Shown piece by piece: positions 10,889 through 21,921 of a stretch of 64,000 nt of DNA (the stretch's first letter is position 1; each line of letters begins with the position of its first letter). The notes below the pieces were generated by a model. The model was given only the letters and a program-made list of their open reading frames with translations, did no database searches and had not been told where the DNA came from. Source of the stretch: an uncultured virus (IMG/VR IMGVR_UViG_3300015607_002134) (taxonomy: Duplodnaviria; Heunggongvirae; Uroviricota; Caudoviricetes). The stretch spans positions 1 to 64,000 of the IMG/VR virus record IMGVR_UViG_3300015607_002134; one strand, given 5' to 3'. A program made the translations under genes and the position numbers.

Positions 10889-11509
10889 ATGCCATTACCA
10901 CATTTTACTCAATTGTTGAATACAGGTTCTCCGGGTGGTCCAGGTACCTTACCTGATGAAGTAGTGTATCTTAACTTGTTTGAGACTACATTTGTATTAC
11001 CTGTTATATTACAAGCTCAGGGTAGAAACCCGATTTTGTTATTACAAAATGCATTGAATATAGATTTTAACTTAACACAGTTTGATATCGGTGTTAAAGA
11101 ACAAAGATTCAAGTATTCAACTCGTCAGTTCTTGACAACTCCAACTAAAACCGCTGGTGAATTTAACATTAAATTCAATGTTAACGTAAATCAACAAGGT
11201 TCTATGGAGACTTGGAATACATTGAAAGCTTGGTACGATTTAGTATTCAACTCACAAAACGGTTCTCTTCATTACAAGAGTGATATCATCGGTACAGTTA
11301 TCGTTAATCAACATGATAAAAAGGGTGTTGTTTTAAGACGTGTGACTTTCCAAAACGTTCAAATTAAACAATTAGCAGGTTATGCTCTTGACTGGTCTTC
11401 AAATAACATTATTGAATCAGTTCAGGCTGACTTTATCTACGATTACTTCATTGATGAGTATATTGATAATAACTTTACTATCAATCCTCCAATTGTATCT
11501 GGATATTAA
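10889..11509 (+). CDS. Tail tube protein (T4 gp19-like)
   Basis: AWYDLVFN, YKSDIIG, LDWSSNN...ADFIYDY pattern, size and proximity to the sheath. Confidence 0.75.
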   Translation: MPLPHFTQLLNTGSPGGPGTLPDEVVYLNLFETTFVLPVILQAQGRNPILLLQNALNIDFNLTQFDIGVKEQRFKYSTRQFLTTPTKTAGEFNIKFNVNVNQQGSMETWNTLKAWYDLVFNSQNGSLHYKSDIIGTVIVNQHDKKGVVLRRVTFQNVQIKQLAGYALDWSSNNIIESVQADFIYDYFIDEYIDNNFTINPPIVSGY

Positions 11510-11527
11510 TAATAAGTATTTAAAATT

Positions 11528-11557
11528 AAAAACCCATCTTTTCAGATGGGTTTTTTT
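11528..11557. terminator. Bidirectional terminator (AAACCCATC family)
   Basis: AAAAACCCATCT-TTTC-AGATGGGTTTTTTT. Confidence 0.8.
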
Positions 11558-11578
11558 ATTTCTAAAGTTTGGCGTCAA

Positions 11579-11833
11579 TTAGTATTTAGGTATGCTATTT
11601 GCCATACTTGAGGCGTTTCTCATCATAGAGTTTGGATCGAAATTTGGCATTCCTTTTTGTTGTTCGCTTTCTTGCTTCTTACGAGAGCTTTCTTCTTCTT
11701 CAACAATCTCATTTACGAGTTTAATGTTTTCTTCAAACATCCAGAAGGGCCAATCATCCATTGAAGCTTCTTGAGTATGGAAGTGCTTTTGTAAAAGAAG
11801 TTTATTCTTTAATATATGCTTCAAAGGCATCAT
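11579..11833 (-). CDS. Baseplate hub assembly chaperone (T4 gp51-like)
   Basis: QKHFH...MDDWPFWMFEENIKLV pattern; follows the gp26-like gene; probable start MMPLKH at 11833. Confidence 0.5.
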   Translation of the reverse strand: MMPLKHILKNKLLLQKHFHTQEASMDDWPFWMFEENIKLVNEIVEEEESSRKKQESEQQKGMPNFDPNSMMRNASSMANSIPKY

Positions 11834-12749
11834 GAACAACGAAAATACCTGACGCTCCGTTGGGAAATTGCATCTCTGTGTGGACCTCCTCACCACACGA
11901 ACACATCTTCTTCAATTCCTTGATACCAAATGTCATTTTACCAACAGCAGCATTCAAGAACTGGAACGAAATATCATCAATTTGTTCAAATTCTTTAAGC
12001 TTAGCTTTGATACCTTCATATGTTATAGATGATCTACCCGCTAACATAAAAGGAATAATTTTTAAGAACGAAAGGTTTGGAGTTCTTTTTTCATTATTTT
12101 CTTTAAGAATATAATCAGTAAAAGCTTTTTGAAGTCCAATATTTGGTGGAGTTAATTCAAATTCTTTTCCATTTACTGTAGTAAAATGGTATGATCTTGA
12201 AGATGCACTAAAGAATCTATCAAGTTTTTCATCAATTGTGTGGAATTCAAATGAATCTCTTTTTAGTTCTATACTTAGTTCTTCTCCACATCCGCATTTA
12301 GCAGACACGGCTAATGAATTACCTTGTTGGAATGTTAATTCTCTAATTAAGAATACTAAGAATAATCTATCTTGGTCTTTTATTTCAAGATAAGATCCAA
12401 CTTTACCATCTGAGTATTTTATTCTAATACACGCTTGTAGAATATCATTCATTTTTTCTACAATGTCATAGAAATTTTGATCATCAACCATTGAGTAAGA
12501 TTGGATCTCTTTTACTTGAGCTGGTCTTACCATTACGACAGTTCCTGCTGGATAAAATTGACCACAAGGTAATTCTTTAACATCAAAGTTAAAATACTGA
12601 AGATCTGTAGTTCTTGTATTATCCATTTTTGGCTGTTCCACAAATGGAATATCGCTATTGGTAGTAGGTTTTTTTGTTGATTCCAAAGAACCTAAATGTT
12701 TCTTTAAGTACTCTTCTTCACTCATATTATTTTTTTGTTCATCAGACAT
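11802..12749 (-). CDS. Baseplate hub subunit (T4 gp26-like)
   Basis: LPCGQFY...VRPAQVKE, DRLFLVFLIRELTF, two CxCG motifs. Confidence 0.65.
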   Translation of the reverse strand: MSDEQKNNMSEEEYLKKHLGSLESTKKPTTNSDIPFVEQPKMDNTRTTDLQYFNFDVKELPCGQFYPAGTVVMVRPAQVKEIQSYSMVDDQNFYDIVEKMNDILQACIRIKYSDGKVGSYLEIKDQDRLFLVFLIRELTFQQGNSLAVSAKCGCGEELSIELKRDSFEFHTIDEKLDRFFSASSRSYHFTTVNGKEFELTPPNIGLQKAFTDYILKENNEKRTPNLSFLKIIPFMLAGRSSITYEGIKAKLKEFEQIDDISFQFLNAAVGKMTFGIKELKKMCSCGEEVHTEMQFPNGASGIFVVHDAFEAYIKE

Positions 12750-12820
12750 AAAAAGTGTATTATTTTTTATTATATATTCATGGTGTTATTTTCCCTTGAA
12801 TTTTCCCTTATTGTTATAAT

Positions 12821-12857
12821 AAAAAAAAAGAGGAAAGTTTTCACTTTCCTCTTTTTC
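12821..12857. terminator. Terminator after the sheath gene
   Basis: AAAAAGAGGAAAGT-TTTC-ACTTTCCTCTTTTT. Confidence 0.75.
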
Positions 12858-12879
12858 AATAGTATATTTTAGAATTTTA

Positions 12880-15800
12880 TTAACCATTGATGAATCCACC
12901 TGCTGCGATAGCACCAGTTCTCAAGATTGTGATATTATTTACTATAATACCCATACCCTTGATTGCCTCAACATATGTATCAAGAACACCGATTTGGTTA
13001 TCTATGATATCATTAGTGTTGTTTTCTTCATCCATTTTGTTAAAGTAGTTATATAAACCATTCTTACTTACATAAGTTTCACAGATAACATCTGCTCTAA
13101 GTTTAATTTCTGCTCTAACATCAGGTGTATTAAATTTCCATTGGAAGTCTAATAACATTCTTGATAACTCTCTTTCAAGTTCGATAAGAACTTCTCTAAC
13201 GTGTAAGTATGAAAGAGCTGATTTGTAAAGTGTTTGACCAGTATTCTCAGTCTCAATTACATTTCCTCTATTTCTCTTGAACACGATTGGGTTCATTTGA
13301 GCTTGATTGATCCATTCGATATCAGTTTGAGTGAAGTCCATTTCAGTTGATACTATATTAGTAATTCTACCATTAGTAACACCTGCTGCGATTGTCCATG
13401 GAGTCACACCACTTACATTTGAAGTATGTTTTCTCATATAAGTTGTTGCTACCCAAGCCGCTGGTGGAACTTCGATTGGTCTTCCATTATCATTTACAGT
13501 TAAGTAAGGTAAGAAATAACCAACTGATGTTGTACCTGGGCCATCACCGAATGAGTAAAGGAATGCTGGAGAACTTTCAGGGTCACCTCCCTTAGCAACA
13601 TATTCTAATTGAAGAACACCTTCAGAATTTACGAAGCTTGGAGAAGATGAATTCTTGAATGACTTCATAGAAGGCATATTTATAATTCCAAGAGCATCTA
13701 ATCTTTCACCACATATATCTACTAATTGTTGTTTAGATCTTTCAGTTAAACCAAGACCAAATGAGTCAATTAAGTATCTGAAGTCAATTGCTTCTTTGTT
13801 AGTAATTGCTTTGAATAAAGGAGTTCCTTTAGCAACAAGATTTAAGATAGAGTTTTGTCTTGTCTCAGTACCATCAGGTAAAGAAGCTTGTCTAATTCTA
13901 AATCCTTTCATAACAATACCTTTGTAAGTAGTTGCGTATGTATCTATAGATGTATATCTTGTTGTTTGTAAGTCTCCGCTGTAATTTACTTTATCAATTG
14001 CAGCATCACAAGTAACTTCTACTAAAGTTGAGTCACCAGAATAAGCCTTCTTAGAAAGAATTCTTGTAAGTTTTCTTGGCACTTCACCTACTTGTAGAGT
14101 AGTATTTGGATTTACATAAGCTGATAAATAATCACCAACTTTAACTTCTGTATATCTTGAACCCTTTATAAGGATTTTGTTAGGAACTTGAGTGTATCCA
14201 GTTGGAACCTCAATTTCTACAGTTTGCTTAAAGTTTGATTTAGCAGACTGAATATAGAAAGTATTGCTAGTTATTAAATTAACTGCCTCAGTAGCTGTAA
14301 ATGCTTCATCCATGAAAGCAACTTCCAAGTTACCACTGCTTGTTAAGTACATTTTTAAGTAATGTTTCTTTAAGAAGTCGTATATCATAGATACACCAGT
14401 AACTTCTTCATAAACAACCTCTTCAGTAACTTCATATGCCCAGTACCAAGCACTACCACCGCTTGTGTAACCCATAGCTGTAGCTAAATTTTTAGGGTTA
14501 GCAGCATCTATGATTGTAAATGAACCTGTGTTCTTAGATACAACTTGTGTATCTGTAGTTGGAACTAATATTTGGTCATATACTGAGAAGTTTGGATTTG
14601 TATTTGTTGTAGTTTCTATGATAACATAGTTTTTACCAGAGTATGAAGAAGTAGAACCCATATTTGGTGCTCCATCAACATTATCTTCACCATCAATAAA
14701 TATTACATTTACTGTATCACCAGCACTGATAATAGAATCTGGCAATTTATTAGCATAGAAGTAGTCTCCAGTGTTTATAACACCATCGTAGAACTTTCCG
14801 TAGAACTTAGAGTATTTTGCAACCACACCTTGTGCAGTATCACTTACAGTGTTTTTAGTTACTACTGTATCAGTTCCTAAGAAGAACTCATTATCTACTG
14901 TGTAAATTACAAATAAACCATTTAACACATTTGATAATTGACTATCTGTTAAGCCTGTGTGTAGAACAAATGACTTATTAGATGTTGATGAAGTAACAAT
15001 GTTAGAGATAGAAATTGAAGAAAGACTAACTTTTTCACCAGTAACTCCATTATCGTCTAATAGTAAAGTCATTTTATCTTTATTAGGTGAATCAATTAGA
15101 TTAACCAATCTATTAAACATTTTATATCTTCTATATTGAGCATAGTTAGATACTGAAGGAACTGTATTAGTGTCGATGAATTCAACTTTAATTATACCAG
15201 AGTCTGGAGCACTTTGTGTAGCAATGTAAAAATCATTACCAGTTGTTGAACCAAAACTGAAATCAACATAACCAGCAGGATCAACACTTACCGGTGTTAC
15301 ATTAATACTAGATGTTATGAAATAACCATCCTTCATATCAAATTCGATATATCCTAATACGATATCACTTGCTGCTACACTTGGTTTAGCTGGTGTTGAA
15401 CCATAAGCTACGCCAGTAGTGTTATTTACTACATAGATAGTACCAGTTGAGTCTAATGCAAAAGCTGATACAAAAGATACAGTACCGTATGATGCTGCAT
15501 AATCTGTGTTGTTTATAGTTAAAGTTTTACCAACTACTGGAACTTTAGTATCACCAATTATCGCAAAAGCATCAGATGTAGTCATATATGTTTGAGATAT
15601 AGAGACTGTAGATGTATTAAGAGAATCTTGTGTTAAATCAAAAGTAAATCCTTCACCGAACCAAGCAGTTCTATAATTAGCATTGTTTGCTATACCTGAT
15701 TCCATTGGAACACCAGAACCATCATCAAAAGCATGAGGTGCGGCACTTCCATTGACGTGACCAGAGTAGTTAAATGAACCACCTAACATCGCTGTTACGT

Positions 15801-16836
15801 TTCCTGGTAAGTCAAGAGGGTTAGCAGTAACACTTATTGATTCTGCTATTGTTTCTTTATAAGATAAGAACTCAATAGATGCTTCGTTTATACCAGCAAC
15901 TGTTTGACCTACTAAATCTAATAGACCATTATAGTAATCTGTTTCAACTAAATCTGAGTTGAATGAGCAGAATACTCCAGTTCTGTCTGTGTCTCTGTTA
16001 ATTGTTGTTTCAATAAAAATATTAGTGCCGTTGGCATCTCTAAAATATGGTATCAATGACAATCCTTCATAGTAAGCTAATAACGTAACATTTCTGTCAT
16101 TAGCAAAACTTCTAATTTGATTCTTAATTAAACCAGAAGTATTAAAATAAGCGTTCCATCTGCTATCCATAGCTAATGTTTGGTAGTCAGTCCAGTCCCC
16201 GCCTACTATAACAACATCTACTAAGTAATCAGATGCCCAATCGTTAGCATTAACGTATGGTGGTAATTTTTCTTGAGAACCATACCATTCGATTAATGTT
16301 CTATCAAAACCAGATTTGGCACTTTTAACAATAAATACTGTTACATATTTATCTGAAAGGTTAGTAATACTAAATGCTCTCTCAGTGTAACCAGTGTTAG
16401 TTTTTGTTAAATTCATGAAAGATTCAGTATCTCTCTTCCAAAAACCTGTTGTATCGAAGAATCTTCTATAAGGTCCAGTTCTTTCTATATCATTAACATA
16501 ACCAGATGATGCTGATAATGATTTATACTCGATAGTGTCTAATGTATCATCTGTACTAAGTAAGTTGATAGCATACACTGGAGATGATTCCAACATTTTT
16601 TGAATAGTTCTGTGGAAAAATGAACCTTTTCTTTCCAATCCTCTATCAAGTTGACCAAAGATAGACTCTAAGTCGTTAAGAGTGGTAAGTCTAATAGGAG
16701 TGTTTACTGGTCCCTTTTTAGAAACACCAATAACCATATTAGTAATACCTTCAACCACTGGAGTTGTTATGATTGAATTATCAAACTCTTCTATGAAGAT
16801 TCCTGGTCTTTTGTATTTTCCAATTTGAATTGCCAT
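12880..16836 (-). CDS. Contractile tail sheath protein (T4 gp18-like), 1318 aa
   Basis: RPGIFIEEFD, KGPVNTP, WTIAAG...G, LSYLHVREVL, MDEENNTNDIIDN. Confidence 0.93.
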   Translation of the reverse strand: MAIQIGKYKRPGIFIEEFDNSIITTPVVEGITNMVIGVSKKGPVNTPIRLTTLNDLESIFGQLDRGLERKGSFFHRTIQKMLESSPVYAINLLSTDDTLDTIEYKSLSASSGYVNDIERTGPYRRFFDTTGFWKRDTESFMNLTKTNTGYTERAFSITNLSDKYVTVFIVKSAKSGFDRTLIEWYGSQEKLPPYVNANDWASDYLVDVVIVGGDWTDYQTLAMDSRWNAYFNTSGLIKNQIRSFANDRNVTLLAYYEGLSLIPYFRDANGTNIFIETTINRDTDRTGVFCSFNSDLVETDYYNGLLDLVGQTVAGINEASIEFLSYKETIAESISVTANPLDLPGNVTAMLGGSFNYSGHVNGSAAPHAFDDGSGVPMESGIANNANYRTAWFGEGFTFDLTQDSLNTSTVSISQTYMTTSDAFAIIGDTKVPVVGKTLTINNTDYAASYGTVSFVSAFALDSTGTIYVVNNTTGVAYGSTPAKPSVAASDIVLGYIEFDMKDGYFITSSINVTPVSVDPAGYVDFSFGSTTGNDFYIATQSAPDSGIIKVEFIDTNTVPSVSNYAQYRRYKMFNRLVNLIDSPNKDKMTLLLDDNGVTGEKVSLSSISISNIVTSSTSNKSFVLHTGLTDSQLSNVLNGLFVIYTVDNEFFLGTDTVVTKNTVSDTAQGVVAKYSKFYGKFYDGVINTGDYFYANKLPDSIISAGDTVNVIFIDGEDNVDGAPNMGSTSSYSGKNYVIIETTTNTNPNFSVYDQILVPTTDTQVVSKNTGSFTIIDAANPKNLATAMGYTSGGSAWYWAYEVTEEVVYEEVTGVSMIYDFLKKHYLKMYLTSSGNLEVAFMDEAFTATEAVNLITSNTFYIQSAKSNFKQTVEIEVPTGYTQVPNKILIKGSRYTEVKVGDYLSAYVNPNTTLQVGEVPRKLTRILSKKAYSGDSTLVEVTCDAAIDKVNYSGDLQTTRYTSIDTYATTYKGIVMKGFRIRQASLPDGTETRQNSILNLVAKGTPLFKAITNKEAIDFRYLIDSFGLGLTERSKQQLVDICGERLDALGIINMPSMKSFKNSSSPSFVNSEGVLQLEYVAKGGDPESSPAFLYSFGDGPGTTSVGYFLPYLTVNDNGRPIEVPPAAWVATTYMRKHTSNVSGVTPWTIAAGVTNGRITNIVSTEMDFTQTDIEWINQAQMNPIVFKRNRGNVIETENTGQTLYKSALSYLHVREVLIELERELSRMLLDFQWKFNTPDVRAEIKLRADVICETYVSKNGLYNYFNKMDEENNTNDIIDNQIGVLDTYVEAIKGMGIIVNNITILRTGAIAAGGFING

Positions 16837-16896
16837 ATTTTTAATATTTTTTTTATGTTATAGAGTATATATAAAATGTAAAAAATGATATTTTTT

Positions 16897-17445
16897 CTAT
16901 TTTTGTGATTTACTTGATAACTTCTTTATGTTATCCATCATATCTTTTTCTATATTTACCATTTTTTTATCTAAGGCTGTTTTGGCATCTGATATCTCTT
17001 TTGATAGAGAAGCTATTTCTGCTGTTTTTGTGGATATTCTATTAGATATATCTGTTATTTTAGCATTTACAGCCTGTTTTGTGCTATCATCCTTTGATAG
17101 TTTTAATTCTTGCGAGAAATCATCTTTTTTTAGTTTGTCTAATGTTATGTCTTTTTGTATATTATTTATTTTTCTACTCAAAGAAGCAACATGTAAGTAC
17201 TCAACTAAAAAGGGATTTTTATTCTCTTTACCTACTATATTATCTATTTGACTTTTAATATCTTCATCAGTTTTAGCTTTAAGATAAAGATTGTCTATTA
17301 AAGGCTTTTTTTGTTTATATTCTTTAATATTCTTTTCTAAATCACCAAACTGTTCCTTTGATGCCTTTATATCTGGTTCGTCTGTAACTTGTACATCAAA
17401 CTCTGCTTCTTCTAAGAAGACTTTGTAATATTTAAGATGTCTCAT
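16897..17445 (-). CDS. Coiled-coil protein with N-terminal FLEE motif
   Basis: MRHLKYYKVFLEE start; heptad-rich C-terminal half. Confidence 0.6.
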   Translation of the reverse strand: MRHLKYYKVFLEEAEFDVQVTDEPDIKASKEQFGDLEKNIKEYKQKKPLIDNLYLKAKTDEDIKSQIDNIVGKENKNPFLVEYLHVASLSRKINNIQKDITLDKLKKDDFSQELKLSKDDSTKQAVNAKITDISNRISTKTAEIASLSKEISDAKTALDKKMVNIEKDMMDNIKKLSSKSQK

Positions 17446-20243
17446 TATTGTCTCTTCATATTAGTTTTAGATATGTTATCAGAGGCAGAAACCTTTCTAA
17501 ATCCACCATTTTTATTTATAGCGGTTGATAAATCTTTATCTAATACAAATCTTGTTTTTCCTTCTTTGGTTTCTACATCTCTTGATAGTTGAAACAGTGT
17601 GTAACAGTTTGTGAAGAAAACAATCTCTGGCTTCTCTGATAGAGCAGTTTTAGCATCCGGACTATTTTTCTTAGACTCATACTTTGTTATATATGTAATC
17701 TCATAACCACTACCGTTTATTTTGAACTTACCATCTTTATCAATTAAGTCATCAATTTTCTTTTTAACCGCTTTTAATTGATATTGACCAGCTTCCTCAG
17801 TTCCAGCATTTTGTGTTAATTCTATATTTGGTTGTCTTCCAAGATCACCAGCTTCCATTTTACTAGAAATAGATTGCTTGATATACTTATCAAAGAAGCC
17901 AAAAGTTCTTGAATAGACCATGTAAGCAGTATCACCAACTACCTCTTGTATAAAGAAGTAGTATATTGATCCATTCTTTCCAACTGCAGCAAAGAAAGTT
18001 TTTGCCAAATTATCGTATGACTCATATTTAATTGGATCTTTTGTGAATTTTAATTTCACAGTATTAATTTCATTTGCCACATCTCTTATTTTCTCAGCCT
18101 CGTCAGAACCTCCAAAGTTTGTTTGGTCCGCTATTTTATTAGGGTCATTTTCTTTATATCCAAAATATTTATCTAAGAACTGAGCCTGCATACCTTTTGC
18201 ATCTTTACCTGTTTTGTAAAGCTCATCACCGTCTATCATATCAGTCATGAATTTACGCAAATTAGCGCCCGCTTTTGGTATATCTTCATTTCCAACTTTC
18301 ATTGATGTTGAAATATCAAATATTGGTTGATATTTTTTATCTCTCATTATATCCAATACAGCATTTTCCCATTGATTGAAAATAACATTATTTCTATATG
18401 GACCACCACCTGAACCCGCATTTTCTGGTGAGCCACTACCAAAGCAAGTATATTCCATAAATGTCTTGTTAGATACTCTACCACCTCTTCTCCCTGAAGG
18501 AATTACTTGAGTTGTGTGTAGTTTATAAGCTCTGTTAAAACATTTTACTATGTCTAGTACAGGGTCTATTCCATTAATCACAATGGATTTTTTATTTTTT
18601 TCAGCGATGTCTTCTATCTTATCTTTCATTTTCACAACCTCAGTCTTTTCAACTACAAAAGATTTAACATCGATGTTTTTATCCCAGTAGTCTTTTATCT
18701 TCTGAGATGCTGTTGGGACATCAGGAGCACCAACTCCTTCTTTATCACCTTCAGTCTTTTCAGTATCATCTGCCTCATTTAATTTAATAAAACTATCATA
18801 TCTGTATAAAAGAGATTCTTTTTTAACCTCTTCTTTTTTAGGCTCACCTGGAACCATTTGCATTAATTGCTTAATACTCTCAACATAATCTTGTAAAGGT
18901 TTTGTTAAATCACCCAAACCTCCATAAAGACCTTCCTTGTCAAATTGTAAAGCTCTCTTAGTAAATCTTGCCATTTTTTCAGCAACTACTATTCTTTTGT
19001 TTTTATCTGATATAATCTCAAGACTCTCTTTATATAAAGGGTCTTTTTCTTGAATTGTAGATTTCTTATCACCTACTAAATATCTGTTTATCTCTGTGTA
19101 AAGAGCTTTAATTTGATTTTTAGTATTTGTATCAACCGCTTTAGAAGTTATTTCTTTAATAAAGTTAGTATCAACACCAATTCCTTTTTCTTTAGATGAT
19201 ATTAAAACTTCTATATCTTTTTTTAGTTTAGTAAAGGCTTGTGTTAAATGGTCTTCTCCACCTTTTATATTTCCTCTATCTTGAGAGCCGCCAGGTTGAT
19301 TATTTGTACCTGGTACACCTTCAAGTATCATATTTTTTTCCATAACAAGTACTAATCCTGCTTTAAGAGGTTGGTCATTTTTAGGAAAAGGAGTTAATAC
19401 CTTTTGGTTTTTCTTACGAAGAATATCAGCTGTGAGTTTTTTGAAGTTAATAGTAACATTTGCTATTATTTTATCAACGGTGTCACCTTCTTTTGTTGTG
19501 TATTTTTTTACATCTGCTGATACCTGAGTAGTATTACTCTTATCATTAACACCAATAATTTTAACATTCTTATAGTTTGCTAATATTAAACCTAAAGATT
19601 TTAGGTTTTTAACCATTACTGGATATAAAGTTTCTGCTGTTTTTTTACCAGCAACTCCTTCTTCGCCTTCACCTTTTTCACCTTTACTATCTTCACCTTC
19701 TTCTTTATCTTCATCTGCCTCTGATTTACCACCTTCATCATCTTTAAATTGTTCTAAGAATTTTAGAAAATCTTCTAATTGCTTTATTAGATTATCTTTA
19801 TTTTCAATATCTTCAAACGCTTTAATATCTGATATAGCAGATCTTGTTAGATTTTTAATATCACCTACTCTTGCTCCTTCTTCAACAGCTTTTTCTAGAT
19901 TTTCAATAAAAGAAAATACAATTATTCTATTAAGCTCTTTTTGATCTTCTTCAGATAACTTTGATTTAAGTGATCCTCCTAATAAGTCATCAAATGCATA
20001 TTTTAATCTTCTAACTACACCTTTTATTCTAACAAGGTTTGCACCAATCTTGGCTTTTCTTATAGTAGAGTTTATTAATCTACCTAATAAAGAGTCGCCC
20101 CAAGGTATATCATTTGCAAAAGGACCGCTGTTTTCAACATCTTCGTTTATTTTATAAAGTTCATTATTTTCTAAAGATTTGTATTCGTCTATTTTTGTAA
20201 TACTTCTTTTAAGGAACTCATCTCTGTTATCAAGATACTTCAT
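17445..20243 (-). CDS. Large putative internal virion protein with LysM-like module
   Basis: YTTKEGDTVDKII...LRKKN...LKAGLVLV; late motif at 20277-20285. Confidence 0.55.
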   Translation of the reverse strand: MKYLDNRDEFLKRSITKIDEYKSLENNELYKINEDVENSGPFANDIPWGDSLLGRLINSTIRKAKIGANLVRIKGVVRRLKYAFDDLLGGSLKSKLSEEDQKELNRIIVFSFIENLEKAVEEGARVGDIKNLTRSAISDIKAFEDIENKDNLIKQLEDFLKFLEQFKDDEGGKSEADEDKEEGEDSKGEKGEGEEGVAGKKTAETLYPVMVKNLKSLGLILANYKNVKIIGVNDKSNTTQVSADVKKYTTKEGDTVDKIIANVTINFKKLTADILRKKNQKVLTPFPKNDQPLKAGLVLVMEKNMILEGVPGTNNQPGGSQDRGNIKGGEDHLTQAFTKLKKDIEVLISSKEKGIGVDTNFIKEITSKAVDTNTKNQIKALYTEINRYLVGDKKSTIQEKDPLYKESLEIISDKNKRIVVAEKMARFTKRALQFDKEGLYGGLGDLTKPLQDYVESIKQLMQMVPGEPKKEEVKKESLLYRYDSFIKLNEADDTEKTEGDKEGVGAPDVPTASQKIKDYWDKNIDVKSFVVEKTEVVKMKDKIEDIAEKNKKSIVINGIDPVLDIVKCFNRAYKLHTTQVIPSGRRGGRVSNKTFMEYTCFGSGSPENAGSGGGPYRNNVIFNQWENAVLDIMRDKKYQPIFDISTSMKVGNEDIPKAGANLRKFMTDMIDGDELYKTGKDAKGMQAQFLDKYFGYKENDPNKIADQTNFGGSDEAEKIRDVANEINTVKLKFTKDPIKYESYDNLAKTFFAAVGKNGSIYYFFIQEVVGDTAYMVYSRTFGFFDKYIKQSISSKMEAGDLGRQPNIELTQNAGTEEAGQYQLKAVKKKIDDLIDKDGKFKINGSGYEITYITKYESKKNSPDAKTALSEKPEIVFFTNCYTLFQLSRDVETKEGKTRFVLDKDLSTAINKNGGFRKVSASDNISKTNMKRQ

Positions 20244-20376
20244 AATTTTAAGTTATTTTATGATATTTTTTCACATTATATATTAAATAATATTAGTCAA
20301 AATTAGATAGTATTGAAAATTATTAGTATATTTGTATTGAAGGTATATGAGAAATAATCTAAAAATAAAAATAAAT

Positions 20377-20407
20377 TTTGCAGATTAGATATTTATTCGT
20401 ATATTTG
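20377..20407 (+). promoter_or_regulatory. Bacteroidota-type housekeeping promoter
   Basis: TTTG-N19-TATATTTG matches the -33/-7 TTTG/TAnnTTTG consensus. Confidence 0.7.
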
Positions 20408-20446
20408 TATAACAAATAAGAAACAACCACTATAAAAACAAAAAAT

Positions 20447-20917
20447 ATGGCAACTGTAAATCTAAATAAAGTAATCTGTATCAGTTTGAAATCTCATAGT
20501 GATGCTCAACTTGATGCAATTGGTGCTACTTACGACATAAGTCATGAGTATTTGCTTAAAGCAAAAAGTGAGGGTTGTAAAAAAGTATGGCTTCACATTG
20601 GTGGTGGTGTTGTTATCGCTGGTCTTGATACTGACAATATGGAAGATGTTTATTTTTCACCTGAGTATTTGCCAATGACTGCTAAAATTCGTAAGGCTGT
20701 TTTAGCAATCAAGCCTGTTAAGACTCCTAAAATGCCTACTTGGGCTAAGACTAAATCTACTAATGTGAAAGTTGCTAACAATGTAGAAGTTGTAGAAGTT
20801 GTAGAGACCGCTGAAGTAGAATTAGAACTTGATACTATTCTTGATAAAATCAGCGCGAGTGGTATGGCATCTTTGACTAAAAAAGAGCTTGAGTTCTTGA
20901 AAGAATGTAGTAAATAA
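20447..20917 (+). CDS. Early protein with C-terminal DUF6576-like motif
   Basis: LDTILDKISASGMASLTKKELEFL; own promoter and a terminator at 20938-20966. Confidence 0.65.
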   Translation: MATVNLNKVICISLKSHSDAQLDAIGATYDISHEYLLKAKSEGCKKVWLHIGGGVVIAGLDTDNMEDVYFSPEYLPMTAKIRKAVLAIKPVKTPKMPTWAKTKSTNVKVANNVEVVEVVETAEVELELDTILDKISASGMASLTKKELEFLKECSK

Positions 20918-21075
20918 TCATTTTTTTCCAATAATGTAAAAAACCGGCTTAAATGTCGGTTTTTTTATTTTAAAATAAATTTATTTTTTTAATCTTTGAA
21001 ATCTTTAAAAAATCCTCGATTTGATTTTTGACATAAAAAATATAGAATATATAAGTTATTAAAATCATATTTGAT

Positions 21076-21363
21076 ATGAGATATTCTGAATTAAACTTTC
21101 GTGGCAAGACTTATACGAGTCAATCGGAGATAAACGATATTCTAATTAGTGAAAAATTCTACTGGCTAATTGACTCCGAAATTGAAAATGCACAATTAGA
21201 AATAAAAAATAACACAGTTATATGGCACAATGGTAGTTTCTATACCGGTGACTGGCATTATGGTATTTTTAAGGCTGGTAACTTTTATGGGAACTGGGAA
21301 AACGGTATCTGGGAAAGCGGACATTTTGGCGGGAAATGGCAAAGTGGTATTAATCTAACATAG
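21076..21363 (+). CDS. Trp/Gly repeat protein
   Basis: WHNGSFYTGDWHYGIFKAGNFYGNWENGIWESG 5-residue periodicity. Confidence 0.6.
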   Translation: MRYSELNFRGKTYTSQSEINDILISEKFYWLIDSEIENAQLEIKNNTVIWHNGSFYTGDWHYGIFKAGNFYGNWENGIWESGHFGGKWQSGINLT

Positions 21364-21386
21364 ATATAAAAAATTAAAAATTTACT

Positions 21387-21854
21387 ATGAAAAGAAAAAG
21401 AATTACTCTTGATGAAAATGAAAAAAAACAAGAGAAGGAAATTTTCAATCAGAGGGTACTAGCGGTTACAAAAGAAGGCAATGAGTATTTTTTTGAAATT
21501 GGCACAGAAACAACAACAGATGTTGCCGAGGCAGTTTCAATATTGATGAGAACAGTAGATTGGAACGACCCAATATGGAAAACAATGATAGATAAAAAGA
21601 TGATTTACGAAAATATAACACCTGAAAAATCACTATACTGGTTATCAGGGGGAAACAAAGAATGGAATTCGCTAGACCACTATAATAGACCTTGGTGTGA
21701 TTGCTATTTAGAGTTTCAAGAAGAATTTGGGTTTTTAATAGTAAATATAGTTCAAAAGTCAAAAACTTTATTAGATATAAGAAACGCATTTATGAAGTAT
21801 TTAAATTTACCAACACTTTATAACTTTGCTATAAGTAAAAATATGATTAGATAA
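21387..21854 (+). CDS. Hypothetical protein
   Basis: ORF followed by an AAACCCATC-type terminator at 21878-21903. Confidence 0.6.
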   Translation: MKRKRITLDENEKKQEKEIFNQRVLAVTKEGNEYFFEIGTETTTDVAEAVSILMRTVDWNDPIWKTMIDKKMIYENITPEKSLYWLSGGNKEWNSLDHYNRPWCDCYLEFQEEFGFLIVNIVQKSKTLLDIRNAFMKYLNLPTLYNFAISKNMIR

Positions 21855-21921
21855 ATTAAAAATTAAAAAGATAAAATAAACCCATCAGAAATGATGGGTT
21901 TTTGTTTTTAATATATAAGAT

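Noticed and set aside
11802..11896. Programmed frameshift joining the gp26-like and gp51-like ORFs
   Set aside because: The overlap is +1 with no clear slippery site, and an independent ATG exists at 11833.
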